Shown: positions 35,712 through 45,647 of the stretch, one piece after another
Layout: every line of letters begins with the position of its first letter
Numbering within the stretch: the stretch's first letter is position 1
Source of the DNA: a virus
Taxonomy: Duplodnaviria > Caudoviricetes
DNA length: 64,000 bases
Strand: one strand, 5' to 3'
IMG/VR virus record: IMGVR_UViG_2920580016_000002
Span: 26,285 to 90,284 of that record
Position numbers and translations under genes: made by a program
Notes under the pieces: generated by a model
What the model was told of the DNA's origin: nothing
The model's input: the letters and a program-made list of their open reading frames with translations, nothing else
Databases searched by the model: none

Positions 35712-37174
35712 CAGACCACCCCGCCCGAGGTCGCCATGGTGATGGTGCCGAGCTGGGGCAGCTCGTAGGCGGCCATGACCGCGTCGGCCAGCACCGTCTG
35801 CGCGGCGTCGTGCCTGGCCAGTACCGGGATGGTGATGTTGACGACGCCGGGGATCGCGGTGAGCGCGCCGTAGACCTCGCCGATCGTGATCCGGCTGCCG
35901 AAGCCGTTGTCCGGGCTGTTGACCAAGCTCGTGAGGGTGTTGCGGACGTTGGTCTCCACCTGGAAACGGCGGTATGTCGGGGCCACGGTGAGCTGCATCG
36001 GAGTCGCCTCCGACCCGAAATTGACCTTGATGATCGTCGGGCCTTGGACGTTGACGCGCACACCGGCCGCGCTCGCGGAGGTGAGCTGCGCCGTCACGGA
36101 GTTGATCAGATCCACGCTCGGGGTCGTCCGGCCAGGACCGGCGATGTAGACAACCACGGAGCTGCTGACGTTGCTCACCGCATTGGCCGCGCTGACGCCG
36201 GGTACCGTGAGCGCGATCTTGCTGTAGTCGGCCAGCGTGATCGCACGGCCGAAAGCCGCATACGCGAGCGAGGCGTTACGCCGGATCTCCTCGATATCCT
36301 CGCGGTCGCCGCCGCCGACCATGGCCGTGGAGATCGGCGCACCCGCCGTGTCCGTGGCGATCGTGACGCCGTCAACGCCATCGGACATGGTCCAGATCTG
36401 GCCTGCGCCGAGATTTCCGTTGCGGCCCTCGCCGCTTCGATAGGTGGCGTAGACGCGGCTGCCGAGCGGAGGAATCATGCCGTTGACGCCGTCGCCGAAG
36501 TAAATGCTGGTGGTCCCCTCAGGGTCCGGCCGGACTGTGAAAACGGGGTCAGTCGGGCCGGAGTAGATCATCCGGGCGACGTAGGTCCACTCGATATCCG
36601 CGTACGGCGCTTCGACGTGGACGCGGATGCTGCCGTCGATCACCCCGATATTTGGGATGGCGAATCGCTGAAGCTCGGTGCCGTCCGAGGCTCCGAGCAG
36701 CAGCTTGGTCGTGGTCCGGCCTTCGGCCACGGGGACCTGGACCGTGCCGCCGTTGGCGGGAACGGTGACGTCCTGCGTGGACTCGAAGCGCAGGACGCCG
36801 TCGATCGCCTCCAGGTAGCGTGACGCGAAGCCTGTGCCTTTGGGGACGGTGACGGCCGGGCCGTCCGGATCGGTGACGAGAGTGACAGTGCCGGTGGCGG
36901 GAGTGGCGTTGTGCGCGACATAGCCGAGCACGTCGGCGATGGTCATGACCGCGTGCATCGTGGTCGCCGTAGGCAGGTAGCTCTCCGCCAGCAGGCGATC
37001 GATGCTGTAGTTGTTCAGGTCGGCGGCATGCGAGAACAATTCCGCCAACACAACGCCAAAGTCTGCCTCTGACCTGCTGGTCCATTCCGGGAGCAGGATC
37101 TCGGCGTGCCGCAGGAGGTCTCTCTTGATCTCCTGGTAGTCGGCGCTGGTGTAGTCGATGGGGACGTCAGCCAC
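35711..37174 (-). CDS. Baseplate J/gp47-like protein
   Basis: IDYTS.DY, PEWT.RSEADFG, GG.D.E, RA.T..DY, VPGV. Confidence 0.92.
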   Translation of the reverse strand: MADVPIDYTSADYQEIKRDLLRHAEILLPEWTSRSEADFGVVLAELFSHAADLNNYSIDRLLAESYLPTATTMHAVMTIADVLGYVAHNATPATGTVTLVTDPDGPAVTVPKGTGFASRYLEAIDGVLRFESTQDVTVPANGGTVQVPVAEGRTTTKLLLGASDGTELQRFAIPNIGVIDGSIRVHVEAPYADIEWTYVARMIYSGPTDPVFTVRPDPEGTTSIYFGDGVNGMIPPLGSRVYATYRSGEGRNGNLGAGQIWTMSDGVDGVTIATDTAGAPISTAMVGGGDREDIEEIRRNASLAYAAFGRAITLADYSKIALTVPGVSAANAVSNVSSSVVVYIAGPGRTTPSVDLINSVTAQLTSASAAGVRVNVQGPTIIKVNFGSEATPMQLTVAPTYRRFQVETNVRNTLTSLVNSPDNGFGSRITIGEVYGALTAIPGVVNITIPVLARHDAAQTVLADAVMAAYELPQLGTITMATSGGVV

Positions 37175-37586
37175 GCAGGCGCTCCCGCAGTCGGCCGCGC
37201 GAGTCGATCGACGCGGTATGGATGGAGCGCGCCAGCCCGTCAGGGGAGTCGGGCGCGTCGGTGCGCGTGTAGCGGATGTCGATGACGGCGATGCTCTGCT
37301 GGTCGGCCTTCGGGATCGGCTTGACGTCGTTGACGATCACGCCGGGTTCCCACATCGCCATCTGCGCCTTCGTGCGTTCGGTCAGCTCGACCGCGACCAG
37401 GCCGCCGCCCGGCTCGAAGATGTAGTCGTTCACGGGCACGCCGAACTGAGGCAGCATCACCCTCTCCTCGGGCTCAGTGCCGACGACCGTGACGATCCTC
37501 TGGACGATCTGCTTGGCCGGGTCATGGGTGGTGGCGATGCCGCCGTCCGCGCCGATCCGGAAGGGCAAGTCCATCGCTACCGGCAT
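37167..37586 (-). CDS. gp25/GPW-like baseplate wedge
   Basis: T.P.ERVM.P.FG, WEPG. Confidence 0.9.
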   Translation of the reverse strand: MPVAMDLPFRIGADGGIATTHDPAKQIVQRIVTVVGTEPEERVMLPQFGVPVNDYIFEPGGGLVAVELTERTKAQMAMWEPGVIVNDVKPIPKADQQSIAVIDIRYTRTDAPDSPDGLARSIHTASIDSRGRLRERLRG

Positions 37587-37816
37587 CAGGACGCCCCGTA
37601 CTGACCCCAGCCGATAGCCTCTCCCGGTTTGGGAGACGCATCCTGGCCAGGAGCGGACTCCGCTGGACGGTACAGGAGCACGAGCGTCTCCAGCTCGCGA
37701 ATCCGCGCGTGCGCGGTCCGCAGCCGAGCTTCGGTCACCACGGCGCGATCTTCGGCCGCGATGCGCGCCTGACGCTGAGCCTCCGCGTAGTCGGCCATAT
37801 TCAGGGCCTCGTCCAC
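37586..37816 (-). CDS. Small coiled-coil hypothetical protein
   Basis: GTG 37816 (or ATG 37798); TGATG coupling to gp25. Confidence 0.6.
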   Translation of the reverse strand: MDEALNMADYAEAQRQARIAAEDRAVVTEARLRTAHARIRELETLVLLYRPAESAPGQDASPKPGEAIGWGQYGAS

Positions 37817-37821
37817 GATTT

Positions 37822-37878
37822 CACCCGCTTTACAACTGGAAATCCGATTCGTACGTTTTCCAGTGTATTTGGGTGTTA
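37822..37878 (-). promoter_or_regulatory. TAACA motif plus hairpin covering GGGTG SD
   Basis: CACCC/GGGTG and ACTGGAAA/TTTCCAGT. Confidence 0.5.
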
Positions 37879-38604
37879 TCCGCCCTTTAGAATTTCGATT
37901 TCGGCCTGAAGTTCTTCGACCTTGCGCGAGAGCTGATCGACCGCCGCCCACAGCACGCCGATCATCGCTGTCGGGGACACGAACTTCCCGTCCTGGAGAA
38001 CGAAGTCAGGAAGCGTCTCCGCCAGTGGGCCGACGCGCGTCTGTTGCTCCCGGTCGAACTCCTCCCGGTAGTTCCACATGCGCGACGGAGCATCTCGGAC
38101 GATCTGCTCGGGGTCGAAATCCAGGGCTCGGATGTTCTCCTTGAAATCGGCGCTGGACATGTCCACATGAGTGGTCGCATATGAGTTGACGTAGCCGCTG
38201 GCGTCCTTGCCCCGATGGTGGACTCCACCGCCGGACAGATGGACCGATGAGCTGGAGCCGGAGAGATAAGCGGTGCCCTTCGGAGCGCGAATCCTGATCG
38301 GGTTCTCCGGATGCGTCAGCTCCAGCTCGGTCTCATCGTTGACCAGGTAAGCGAATTCCTTAATGTTGTGCGGGATGAAGTACTGCGGGTATCGCAGGTC
38401 CGAGTGCAGGAATCGGATCCAGACCTTCTCCCCGACTTTCAGCTTGGAGATCGTCATAGAGCCTGGCTCGGCCCACTCAGAGATGGTCTTACCGAGCACA
38501 TCGGGTACGCGCACCTGAATGCGTCGCTTGTTCTTCGGGTCCTTCGTGGAGACCACGATTCCCCAGAAATAGCCCTCGTGGACCGGGCGCTTGTCCTCGC
38601 TCAC
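37876..38604 (-). CDS. Baseplate spike (gp5/VgrG OB-fold) with C-terminal S74-like chaperone domain
   Basis: GIVV...DP....RIQVRVP, G..VW..F...D..YP; S...K.NI, GPLAE, terminal coiled coil; GTGA start 38604. Confidence 0.8.
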   Translation of the reverse strand: MSEDKRPVHEGYFWGIVVSTKDPKNKRRIQVRVPDVLGKTISEWAEPGSMTISKLKVGEKVWIRFLHSDLRYPQYFIPHNIKEFAYLVNDETELELTHPENPIRIRAPKGTAYLSGSSSSVHLSGGGVHHRGKDASGYVNSYATTHVDMSSADFKENIRALDFDPEQIVRDAPSRMWNYREEFDREQQTRVGPLAETLPDFVLQDGKFVSPTAMIGVLWAAVDQLSRKVEELQAEIEILKGG

Positions 38605-39758
38605 AGGATCACCTCCTGCATCTGCGACGAACGCCATTTGCCGCCGCCCTCCGTGCACGCGTCGTTGAGCAGGGGAGCGGTCTGGTCTCGGTAGTTGTAG
38701 GTGTCCGGCGCATTCCTGGCCAGCTCTACATACGTCGTGAAGTCGATCTTCGCCATACCTGCCGACGGCGCGTTGATCGGAGCGCGCAGAGTGTGTGTCG
38801 TCGCCGTGATCACCCAGTCGCCTTTCAGCCGCTCGGCCATGGCGTCGCCCTTGAGCTTGATCGGCTGGCCGGGCTGAAGTCTCGTCGAACCCTTCAGCAT
38901 CCCTTGAGCGGTCAAATAGTCCTGGGTGGTGACCTGTGCGCCGTCCAGCGTGAAGTCCAGCTCGCCCTGACTGTCGAGTCGCGTATCTGTGATGACCTCC
39001 TGCCGGGCCTTGCTGTCGCCTTGCGTGTTGAAGATCATGCGCTCGGATTTGAAGTCCACGCCGTAGGCCGCGTGCTCGATTTTCCGGCCGGTGGGATCGG
39101 GCATGTCGTCGCCGACGAACGCCCTGAACTGGTCGATGTGGTACCACTTGTTGCCGGACTTGTGGATCTCGAACTCCGGCGCGGTCGCTTTACGCGCGGC
39201 AGCCCAGGCGGCCGGATCCACGAAGTAGAGCACACCGTTATCGACCCAGCAGCGGCGGCCCGAGGCGGCGGCCCGCTCCTGGAGGAACGCGTAATCAGTC
39301 TTCCGGTCCTGGTAGACGTAGGTGTGCACGCGCTTGGTCCGGTGGGCGACGAAAGAGAGCCCGTGCTTGCGAGCTATCTCTTTGGCAATCGCGCTATCGG
39401 TCATGTTGCGCCAATCCTTCGTACGGGTGACCGAAAGCGCCTGCCCGTTGCCGACGAGCACATAATCCACCTGGACGTTCTGCTTCCGGATCGGCGATTC
39501 GGAGATGTAGTCGGCGTGGTGGATGTAGCCGTAGAAGGTGTGCAGATCGTCAGGCTCCCAGCCCCATTTCACCTCAACCAGGCTGTTCTCCTTATACACC
39601 TTGGGCTTGATGACGAACTGGCCATCCATCGGATAGTGGATGGATATATACATCAGCGTGTGCTCGGCGATCCGCTGCTCGATCCGAACTTCCAGCGCAG
39701 GTGGTGACACCTTCTGTCCACCGACCTTGAAATTAAGAAAGGGCTTACGCCAGTACAT
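38601..39758 (-). CDS. Baseplate hub / late control D (gp27-like)
   Basis: IA..HGL, Q...TDY.FL...A...G, G..L.PG, W.I...TH. Confidence 0.85.
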   Translation of the reverse strand: MYWRKPFLNFKVGGQKVSPPALEVRIEQRIAEHTLMYISIHYPMDGQFVIKPKVYKENSLVEVKWGWEPDDLHTFYGYIHHADYISESPIRKQNVQVDYVLVGNGQALSVTRTKDWRNMTDSAIAKEIARKHGLSFVAHRTKRVHTYVYQDRKTDYAFLQERAAASGRRCWVDNGVLYFVDPAAWAAARKATAPEFEIHKSGNKWYHIDQFRAFVGDDMPDPTGRKIEHAAYGVDFKSERMIFNTQGDSKARQEVITDTRLDSQGELDFTLDGAQVTTQDYLTAQGMLKGSTRLQPGQPIKLKGDAMAERLKGDWVITATTHTLRAPINAPSAGMAKIDFTTYVELARNAPDTYNYRDQTAPLLNDACTEGGGKWRSSQMQEVIL

Positions 39759-40017
39759 GCGGCAACCTCAGCATCATCCCAGGAGAGATCGACATCCAAT
39801 CCAGAATCTCGGGGTTGGCGTCAGCGATCATGTACCACAAGCCCACATCCCCGTAATTCCGGTAGGCAATCAGATCGATCCGGTCACCTTCCTTCACGAT
39901 GTACTGAGTGAAACGGAAAGCCCACGCCTTGTTTGGCCGAAGCTCCCGGCCGCGCACCAACTGCCCGCGTCTCTTGGTGTAGACGCTCCGCATGCCCTCG
40001 TATCTGCTGTCGGCCAT
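39745..40017 (-). CDS. LysM/tail X-like baseplate protein
   Basis: Y.V.EGDRID.IA...YG....W..IADANP. Confidence 0.88.
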   Translation of the reverse strand: MADSRYEGMRSVYTKRRGQLVRGRELRPNKAWAFRFTQYIVKEGDRIDLIAYRNYGDVGLWYMIADANPEILDWMSISPGMMLRLPHVLA

Positions 40018-40727
40018 CAGTTCGGCACCTCCCGAAGTCGTTCCAACGCTGAGTTGTTACCGAAGTCGTGCAGCGGATCCGGGTTGTAGCCGTTATCGCC
40101 ACCCGCCGAACCCGAAAATTCGACCGTGTCCGGGATCAACGCCACCGTCATCTCGACCGCACACCGCGTCGGCACCATGAGGTGAGTCCAGTGCGTGTAC
40201 TCCACCGAGAATTCCGTGATCGAGCCGAAATACCGCAGGGAGTTAGCCGACGTCCCGAAATAGAAACGCATCGGCACGAACACGGGCACGCCCGTTCCGG
40301 TCGTCTTCAGCGTTTCGGTGTTCCCGCCGTTATCCCGGTCCGTGGTGAAGTTCTGCGCCGTCTCCATGCCGGTCATAACCTTGAGCTGGTTGATGTCCAC
40401 GTTGACACCATTGGCCCCCGCGCCACCGCCGACCGCTTCCGCCCACCTGTCGAAGAGCAAGCTGAAGGAGAGAATCTGGTTGGTGACGCCACGGAAAAGG
40501 CCGGGCGCGGTCGGATCCACACCCGACGACACCGCGATATTGCCCTCATAGCTCGGGTACGTCACGCGGACCGTGGAGGGGTTGAACAGGAACTTGAGGC
40601 CCTGTTTCCCCTGCCCCGGCATCGCCTTGTCCTGGACGATGTAGCCCCGGACCACGGTCTGCGTCTGCCCGTCCGGCCCGTAGGTCGCTTGGAGAGCAGC
40701 GTCAAAATCCGGATTGAACTGAACCAC
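40017..40727 (-). CDS. CIS tube-initiator-like protein
   Basis: FLFNPS.V, L.FD, F.G.IT.FSV.YT.W...M.P.R..V. Confidence 0.75.
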   Translation of the reverse strand: MVQFNPDFDAALQATYGPDGQTQTVVRGYIVQDKAMPGQGKQGLKFLFNPSTVRVTYPSYEGNIAVSSGVDPTAPGLFRGVTNQILSFSLLFDRWAEAVGGGAGANGVNVDINQLKVMTGMETAQNFTTDRDNGGNTETLKTTGTGVPVFVPMRFYFGTSANSLRYFGSITEFSVEYTHWTHLMVPTRCAVEMTVALIPDTVEFSGSAGGDNGYNPDPLHDFGNNSALERLREVPN

Positions 40728-43700
40728 TTAACGCCCCTTCGATACACGCTTGGCCCGGTTGATGCGCTCCAGCTCCGCCGCGAATTCGGCAGCGGTCTGC
40801 CGTGCAGAGGCAGCGTTAGCGCCAGCCCCGACATGGAGCTGAATCGACCCAGGCCCGAAATTGAACGTCAACCCGCCGCCACCGCCGCCACCGGCCACGC
40901 GTTCGGCCAGTGCGTTCGGCGCGGTCGCTTCCTTCAACAGCGCGTCTCGGATCTTCTCGGCAGGGTTGCGCGGGATGACCATCTCGCCCTTGTGCAGCGT
41001 CGCCTGGTGCTCGTCCTCGGGAATCTCCCACGCGCCGTCGCGGTACCAGTGCCCGACATCCTTGCCGTTGATCTTCTTCTTGGAGTTCCAGAACGACCAC
41101 GCCCCGAGCGGGGTCTTGTAACGCTGCTTGATGTAGCCCAGGCCCCACTCAATCTGGGTGGCCGGATTGGTGGCCCAGTCCTTGCCCGCGCTGGCCATCT
41201 TGCTGCCGGGGAGCGCCTGCGGAATGCCGTACGCGTCGCTAGTCGGGTTGTCCGCCTTGTGGTTCCAGCCGGACTCCCGCTGCCACAGAGCCTCCAGGGC
41301 CTTCCACTGCTTGCCCGTCCAGCCCATCTCGGCCGCCATCTGCTTGCCGATCTTCTTGTTGCTCTCGGCCGTGCCGGAGCCCTTGGGCACGGACGGGACT
41401 TTGACGTTGTTTCCCTGCTTGGTCTGCGGGTCCTTGGCCTCGGTAGCTGTGGCCGGATCCTCGCGTGCCTCCTTGATCGCCAGTTCGTTCTGCGCCTGCT
41501 CGATGTCGGAGGATCCCGTGGTGTTGGCGGCGAAGAACGCCTTGATCGCGTCTACTTCCTCCACCGACCCGAGCTGGTTGGCCACGGCCGTGCTGGGCGA
41601 GCCGGTACCGCCAACACTGGTTGAGCCGTCGCCGACGGGTTCCTTCTTGCCGCTGCTTGGCCCCGACCCTTCGACCTGACCAGGGCGTGGCCCTGGTTCT
41701 TCGCCCTGCGGTTGCCCTTCGCGGACGTCGCCCTTCTTCGGGATGTCACTCAGCGATACGCCGGAGCGCGGCCCCTTGAGCCACGACTTGATCATGACCG
41801 CGCCAGCGAAGGGGTTCGACCTGACGACCTGGATCTTCTTGCCCGTTCTGGGTGCGTGGACGAACGCGTTCCGGCTAATCATCATCCGCACGTGGCCGCC
41901 GCCGGAGGTGTAGATCAGGTCACCGGGACCGGCTTCCTTGGCAGAGACTCTGCGGCCCTTGGGGTCGTTCATCTGCGACCACGTGTCACGCGGGATCTTG
42001 ATGCGCGCACCCTGCCAATAGGCGTACTGCACGAGGCTGGAGCAGTCGAAACCGACGGTGTTCCGGCCCTGCTGCGTGCCTCGGGTCGGACCCTTGATGT
42101 TGCCGCCGCCCCACGAGTATGGGAGGCCGACTTGGCTGAGCGCCGCTTGGATGACACCGGACGCGACGTTCGGCGAACTCTTCGACTCCTTCTTGGCCTC
42201 GGCCTTCGGCCCCTTGCCTGGAGTGGGATCCGGCGACGAAGACGAGCTTGCCTCTGTTGCCGGACCGGCCGGAGGGAGGATGGAGCCCAGCAGCGATTTG
42301 ACATTGCTGCCGCCCGGCAGGCTGTCCAGGAGGCTGCCGCCGATGTTCAGGCCGGACTGGACAGTCGGGTTGACCGTGGAGACATACCCGGAAATGCGGA
42401 CGAGCCACTGACCGAAGGCCGACTTGAAGAGGTTGTTGAACGCCTTGTTGAACAACGTCAGATGCTCGGTCGCGTCCTTCATGCCCTTCATGAAGGGTTC
42501 GTTCGTGTTCGCGTCCTTGGCGTTGGTGACGGCCTCGCGCCGCTTCAGGGTGTTGATCGTGTCGTCGGCGAGCCCGGCCTTCTTGAGCTTCTCCTGCGCC
42601 GCCGAGATCTTCTCGGAGTTGCCCGCAACTGCATCGTCGAGCGTCAGGTCAGCGAGCGCCTTCTTGTAATCCTCCTGGCCCATGCCGTGTTCGCTGACGG
42701 TGACGATGGCGTCGAGCTGGGCGCGGACGTTGGCCTTCATCTCCTCGTCCATGCCCTGCGTGTAATTGTCGAAGGACGCGGCGGCGAGCTGGCCAGGGCG
42801 CATGGACTTCATGAAGCCCTTCATGCCGACCTTCTCGCCGCCCCACGGTCCGTAGACGGCATCGAGGTAGCCGTAGAGGTTGTCGATGGTGCCGCCGTAC
42901 TTGCCGCCGCCCTCGTAGGTGTCGCCGATACCCATCCGCAAGGACCTCATTTGGAACTGCGGGCTTCTCATGAAGGCTTCGAGGTTGGCCGTGCTCGTGG
43001 CCGACGCGTACGGGTTGGCCGCCGCCAGGGAGGTGAAGTCCTGCCACTCCTGCTTAGCGCTCGGGGAGCTGTTGAAATCGCGGGTTCCGACAAGGCTGCC
43101 CATCAGCCAGTTGGCGTTCTGGGCGTCCTGGTGGTTATAGGCCCAGAAGGAATAGGAGCTGGTCGCGTCCTGCCCGAAAATCTGCTGGCGGATGGCGTCG
43201 GCCTGGCTGACCGAATCACCGCCGTAGGACGTTGCAGGCATCTGCCGCGCCGCCCTGCGAGCGTAGGCGTGCATCTCCTGCATCTTGGTGGCCTTGGAGT
43301 CGCCGTAGGCGGCGGCGAAGTCCCATCCGAAGCTGAGCAGGCCGCTGAGCTTCGACGGGAGCTTGACTTCCTGCGCGGTAGGCCGCTGCGTCGGGGGGAT
43401 GGAGGAGAACGGATTTCCGGGAACCATGCTTCCGGAGCCGCCCGGCGGGACGCCGCCGTTGTTGTACCCGCCTCCGCCGGTCGCGGCCAGCCCACCGCCA
43501 CCACCAGAGCCGCCGCTGGAGTGACCGCCGTTGTTGTAGCCGCCGCTCGGCGGGGGAGTGCCACCACCGCCTCCGCCACCACCGCCGTTGCTCTGGCCAG
43601 AGCCTCCGCCGCCCCCTGCGGTCTGTGCGTTGCCATTGACGTAGCCGGTGCTGTAGGTCGGCGGCGTGAAGCCCTGCGGCATGACGTTGCCGAGAATGTA

Positions 43701-43961
43701 GCCGCCTGATGCCTGCTGCTGGCCAGGTGCCGCCTTGGCGGTGGGCAGATAGGAGCCTTGCCGGGAAGGCAGATACGACTGTTGGGCTAGGGGAACGGTG
43801 TTGTAGCTGCTCGTACCTGCGGAGAGACTGAAGCCGCTGCCGGTGCGCGACAACAGAGACAGGACCTTCTCAAAGGTCCGCTGGACCTCGATCAGGGTCT
43901 TGGTGTTGTCCCGCAGGTTCTTCGCGAGGTCGTTGCCCTCCAGCAGGTACGTCTCAGCCAT
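40728..43961 (-). CDS. Tape measure protein with NlpC/P60 and lytic transglycosylase domains
   Basis: GLPYSWGGG..GFDCSSLV..GH; L..LW.RESGWN..A.NP.S.AYGIPQALP. Confidence 0.9.
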   Translation of the reverse strand: MAETYLLEGNDLAKNLRDNTKTLIEVQRTFEKVLSLLSRTGSGFSLSAGTSSYNTVPLAQQSYLPSRQGSYLPTAKAAPGQQQASGGYILGNVMPQGFTPPTYSTGYVNGNAQTAGGGGGSGQSNGGGGGGGGGTPPPSGGYNNGGHSSGGSGGGGGLAATGGGGYNNGGVPPGGSGSMVPGNPFSSIPPTQRPTAQEVKLPSKLSGLLSFGWDFAAAYGDSKATKMQEMHAYARRAARQMPATSYGGDSVSQADAIRQQIFGQDATSSYSFWAYNHQDAQNANWLMGSLVGTRDFNSSPSAKQEWQDFTSLAAANPYASATSTANLEAFMRSPQFQMRSLRMGIGDTYEGGGKYGGTIDNLYGYLDAVYGPWGGEKVGMKGFMKSMRPGQLAAASFDNYTQGMDEEMKANVRAQLDAIVTVSEHGMGQEDYKKALADLTLDDAVAGNSEKISAAQEKLKKAGLADDTINTLKRREAVTNAKDANTNEPFMKGMKDATEHLTLFNKAFNNLFKSAFGQWLVRISGYVSTVNPTVQSGLNIGGSLLDSLPGGSNVKSLLGSILPPAGPATEASSSSSPDPTPGKGPKAEAKKESKSSPNVASGVIQAALSQVGLPYSWGGGNIKGPTRGTQQGRNTVGFDCSSLVQYAYWQGARIKIPRDTWSQMNDPKGRRVSAKEAGPGDLIYTSGGGHVRMMISRNAFVHAPRTGKKIQVVRSNPFAGAVMIKSWLKGPRSGVSLSDIPKKGDVREGQPQGEEPGPRPGQVEGSGPSSGKKEPVGDGSTSVGGTGSPSTAVANQLGSVEEVDAIKAFFAANTTGSSDIEQAQNELAIKEAREDPATATEAKDPQTKQGNNVKVPSVPKGSGTAESNKKIGKQMAAEMGWTGKQWKALEALWQRESGWNHKADNPTSDAYGIPQALPGSKMASAGKDWATNPATQIEWGLGYIKQRYKTPLGAWSFWNSKKKINGKDVGHWYRDGAWEIPEDEHQATLHKGEMVIPRNPAEKIRDALLKEATAPNALAERVAGGGGGGGLTFNFGPGSIQLHVGAGANAASARQTAAEFAAELERINRAKRVSKGR

Positions 43962-44118
43962 TGGCGTTTCTCTGCCTCTCCAGACGCCACTTGGCGAGCG
44001 CCACGTAATACCGGCGCTCGCGCACGGTCAGAGCGCGTGCGTCACCGACACTCCACCCGTAGGTGAGGACAAGGTCAGAGTCGGTGTCCACCACGCGCTG
44101 CCAATCAATTCCAGCGAA
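43954..44118 (-). CDS. Tail assembly chaperone C-terminal extension (DUF6760/GpE'-like), probably reached by frameshift
   Basis: YGWS.....L...ERRYY motif; no clear SD; +1 frame to upstream ORF. Confidence 0.65.
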   Translation of the reverse strand, partial: FAGIDWQRVVDTDSDLVLTYGWSVGDARALTVRERRYYVALAKWRLERQRNANG

Positions 44119-44956
44119 ACAGGGCAGCCAGGGTGACCTGCACCTTCTGCTCGTGGCCGCAGCCCGCGCAGGTGATGGGCACGCCCTCCTCGTCCGGGCC
44201 GACACGGCGGGTACGCAGCTCGTCCAGGATGGCGGCGCGGTCGGCCAGGCCCATCTCGCGCATGGCGGACTCGGCGGTTGGGTGACCAGCGACCGGGCGC
44301 ACGTTACCCGTCGGGCCAGTCAGGGAGATGACCGTGCGCGCCAGGAGCAGCGTGTCGGCCTCGGCCACCGTCAGGTCCTTGTCACGGGTGGCCGCGACCA
44401 CCTCGTTTTGGTCCTTGCCCCGGATCATGCGCACCTGCGCAGTGACGCCGCGCCTCAGGGACACCACGAACTCCGTGACTCCGGGCTCCGGGCTCTTAGT
44501 GATGGGGATCTCTTCCAGGCCCACGGTGACGCCGAGCTTCTGCTTGCAGCCCTGGCACGTCAGCTCATAGGTCAGCTTGTCGCCGTAGGTCGCCTTGCGG
44601 ATCCCGAGCAGCAGTATGTCGCGATCACCCACGACGAGCTGGTTGAGGAGGTCCTGCGTCGCGGGCCGGTCGCCGATGAAGGCCGTGCCTCGCTCCAGCA
44701 AGGTACTGACGAACGCCTCCGGCGCGCTGGACAGGGCGGCTCGGGAGATGGCCTCCTCATCCGCGCCGGTCAGCTCCCGCACACGAGCGGTCCGAACTAC
44801 TTGGCCGTCCAGGGTCAGGCCGCAGGCCAGCTCCACGACATCATCAGTGGGCGGCTCAGGCTGCGGCATGGGGTCTTCCAGCGCACGCCGTATCTCGGCT
44901 GCTGCCGTCGGATCTGTGACGGGATTGCGGTAGTGAATACCCGAGTTCTGGTCCAA
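44105..44956 (-). CDS. Tail assembly chaperone (T4 gp26-like, Cys pairs)
   Basis: VRELTG.DEE, DRD.LL..IR.ATYG, C..C twice; between tube and TMP. Confidence 0.85.
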   Translation of the reverse strand: MDQNSGIHYRNPVTDPTAAAEIRRALEDPMPQPEPPTDDVVELACGLTLDGQVVRTARVRELTGADEEAISRAALSSAPEAFVSTLLERGTAFIGDRPATQDLLNQLVVGDRDILLLGIRKATYGDKLTYELTCQGCKQKLGVTVGLEEIPITKSPEPGVTEFVVSLRRGVTAQVRMIRGKDQNEVVAATRDKDLTVAEADTLLLARTVISLTGPTGNVRPVAGHPTAESAMREMGLADRAAILDELRTRRVGPDEEGVPITCAGCGHEQKVQVTLAALFRWN

Positions 44957-45031
44957 GGCGGTAATTCTCCTTCGATATGCGACGGGTTCGTCTTACATAA
45001 CGTTAGGAGAATTACCGCCTCAGATATTAAC
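44956..45031 (-). promoter_or_regulatory. GTTAATA motif plus 16-bp perfect hairpin sequestering SD and first base of TTG
   Basis: AGGCGGTAATTCTCCT (45005-45020) / AGGAGAATTACCGCCT (44956-44971). Confidence 0.85.
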
Positions 45032-45032
45032 G

Positions 45033-45629
45033 TCAGCCCGAGCTTGAGAACTCGGCCGCGTTACCGGTCGGCGAGTTCGGGGCCAGACTGAACCCGAATC
45101 CCTCGTGGACCAGCGTCATCTGATTGACGATGATCTGATTGGAACCGGCATCCAGGTCCGAGAACGAAACGGTCGTCGGCCACGCGTTATAGAGCTTGAA
45201 ACGCGCCCGGACATCGCCGTCGCCCTCCATGACCGGGTGAGACAGGACCATGATCTCCACGTCCACCCGGAAATCGTAGCCCTGCGTGGCCGGAGCCGAT
45301 CCAAGACCCGAGTCGCCACCCGAGGAAACGGCCATGACGGTACGCATCCAGCGCATCATGAATCCGCCATCCTCGCCCACGACCAGGCCCTTGCTAAAGG
45401 TGACGGGCTGGAAATCCGTCTGGCCCGGAAGCTTGTGCGGACTGGTCGAATACCCGCCCTCACGGTAAGGGATGACATCGGTGTTGACGGAAAGTCCGGA
45501 GATGGACATGAATCCCGCGTTGACGGGCGTCTCCACACCGGAGGTGCCATTAGCGCCGCCCCGGCTGAATGCCACCTTGAACTTGAAGTTCCGCAGCGGG
45601 TCAGACGTCAGAAGGTGCCCAGTAGGCAT
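45033..45629 (-). CDS. Tail tube protein (T4 gp19/eCIS type)
   Basis: DPLRNFKF, GF..ISGL, YREGG, KLPG, NAWP, L.HEG. Confidence 0.93.
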   Translation of the reverse strand: MPTGHLLTSDPLRNFKFKVAFSRGGANGTSGVETPVNAGFMSISGLSVNTDVIPYREGGYSTSPHKLPGQTDFQPVTFSKGLVVGEDGGFMMRWMRTVMAVSSGGDSGLGSAPATQGYDFRVDVEIMVLSHPVMEGDGDVRARFKLYNAWPTTVSFSDLDAGSNQIIVNQMTLVHEGFGFSLAPNSPTGNAAEFSSSG

Positions 45630-45647
45630 TGCTCGCAGACCTCTCTC

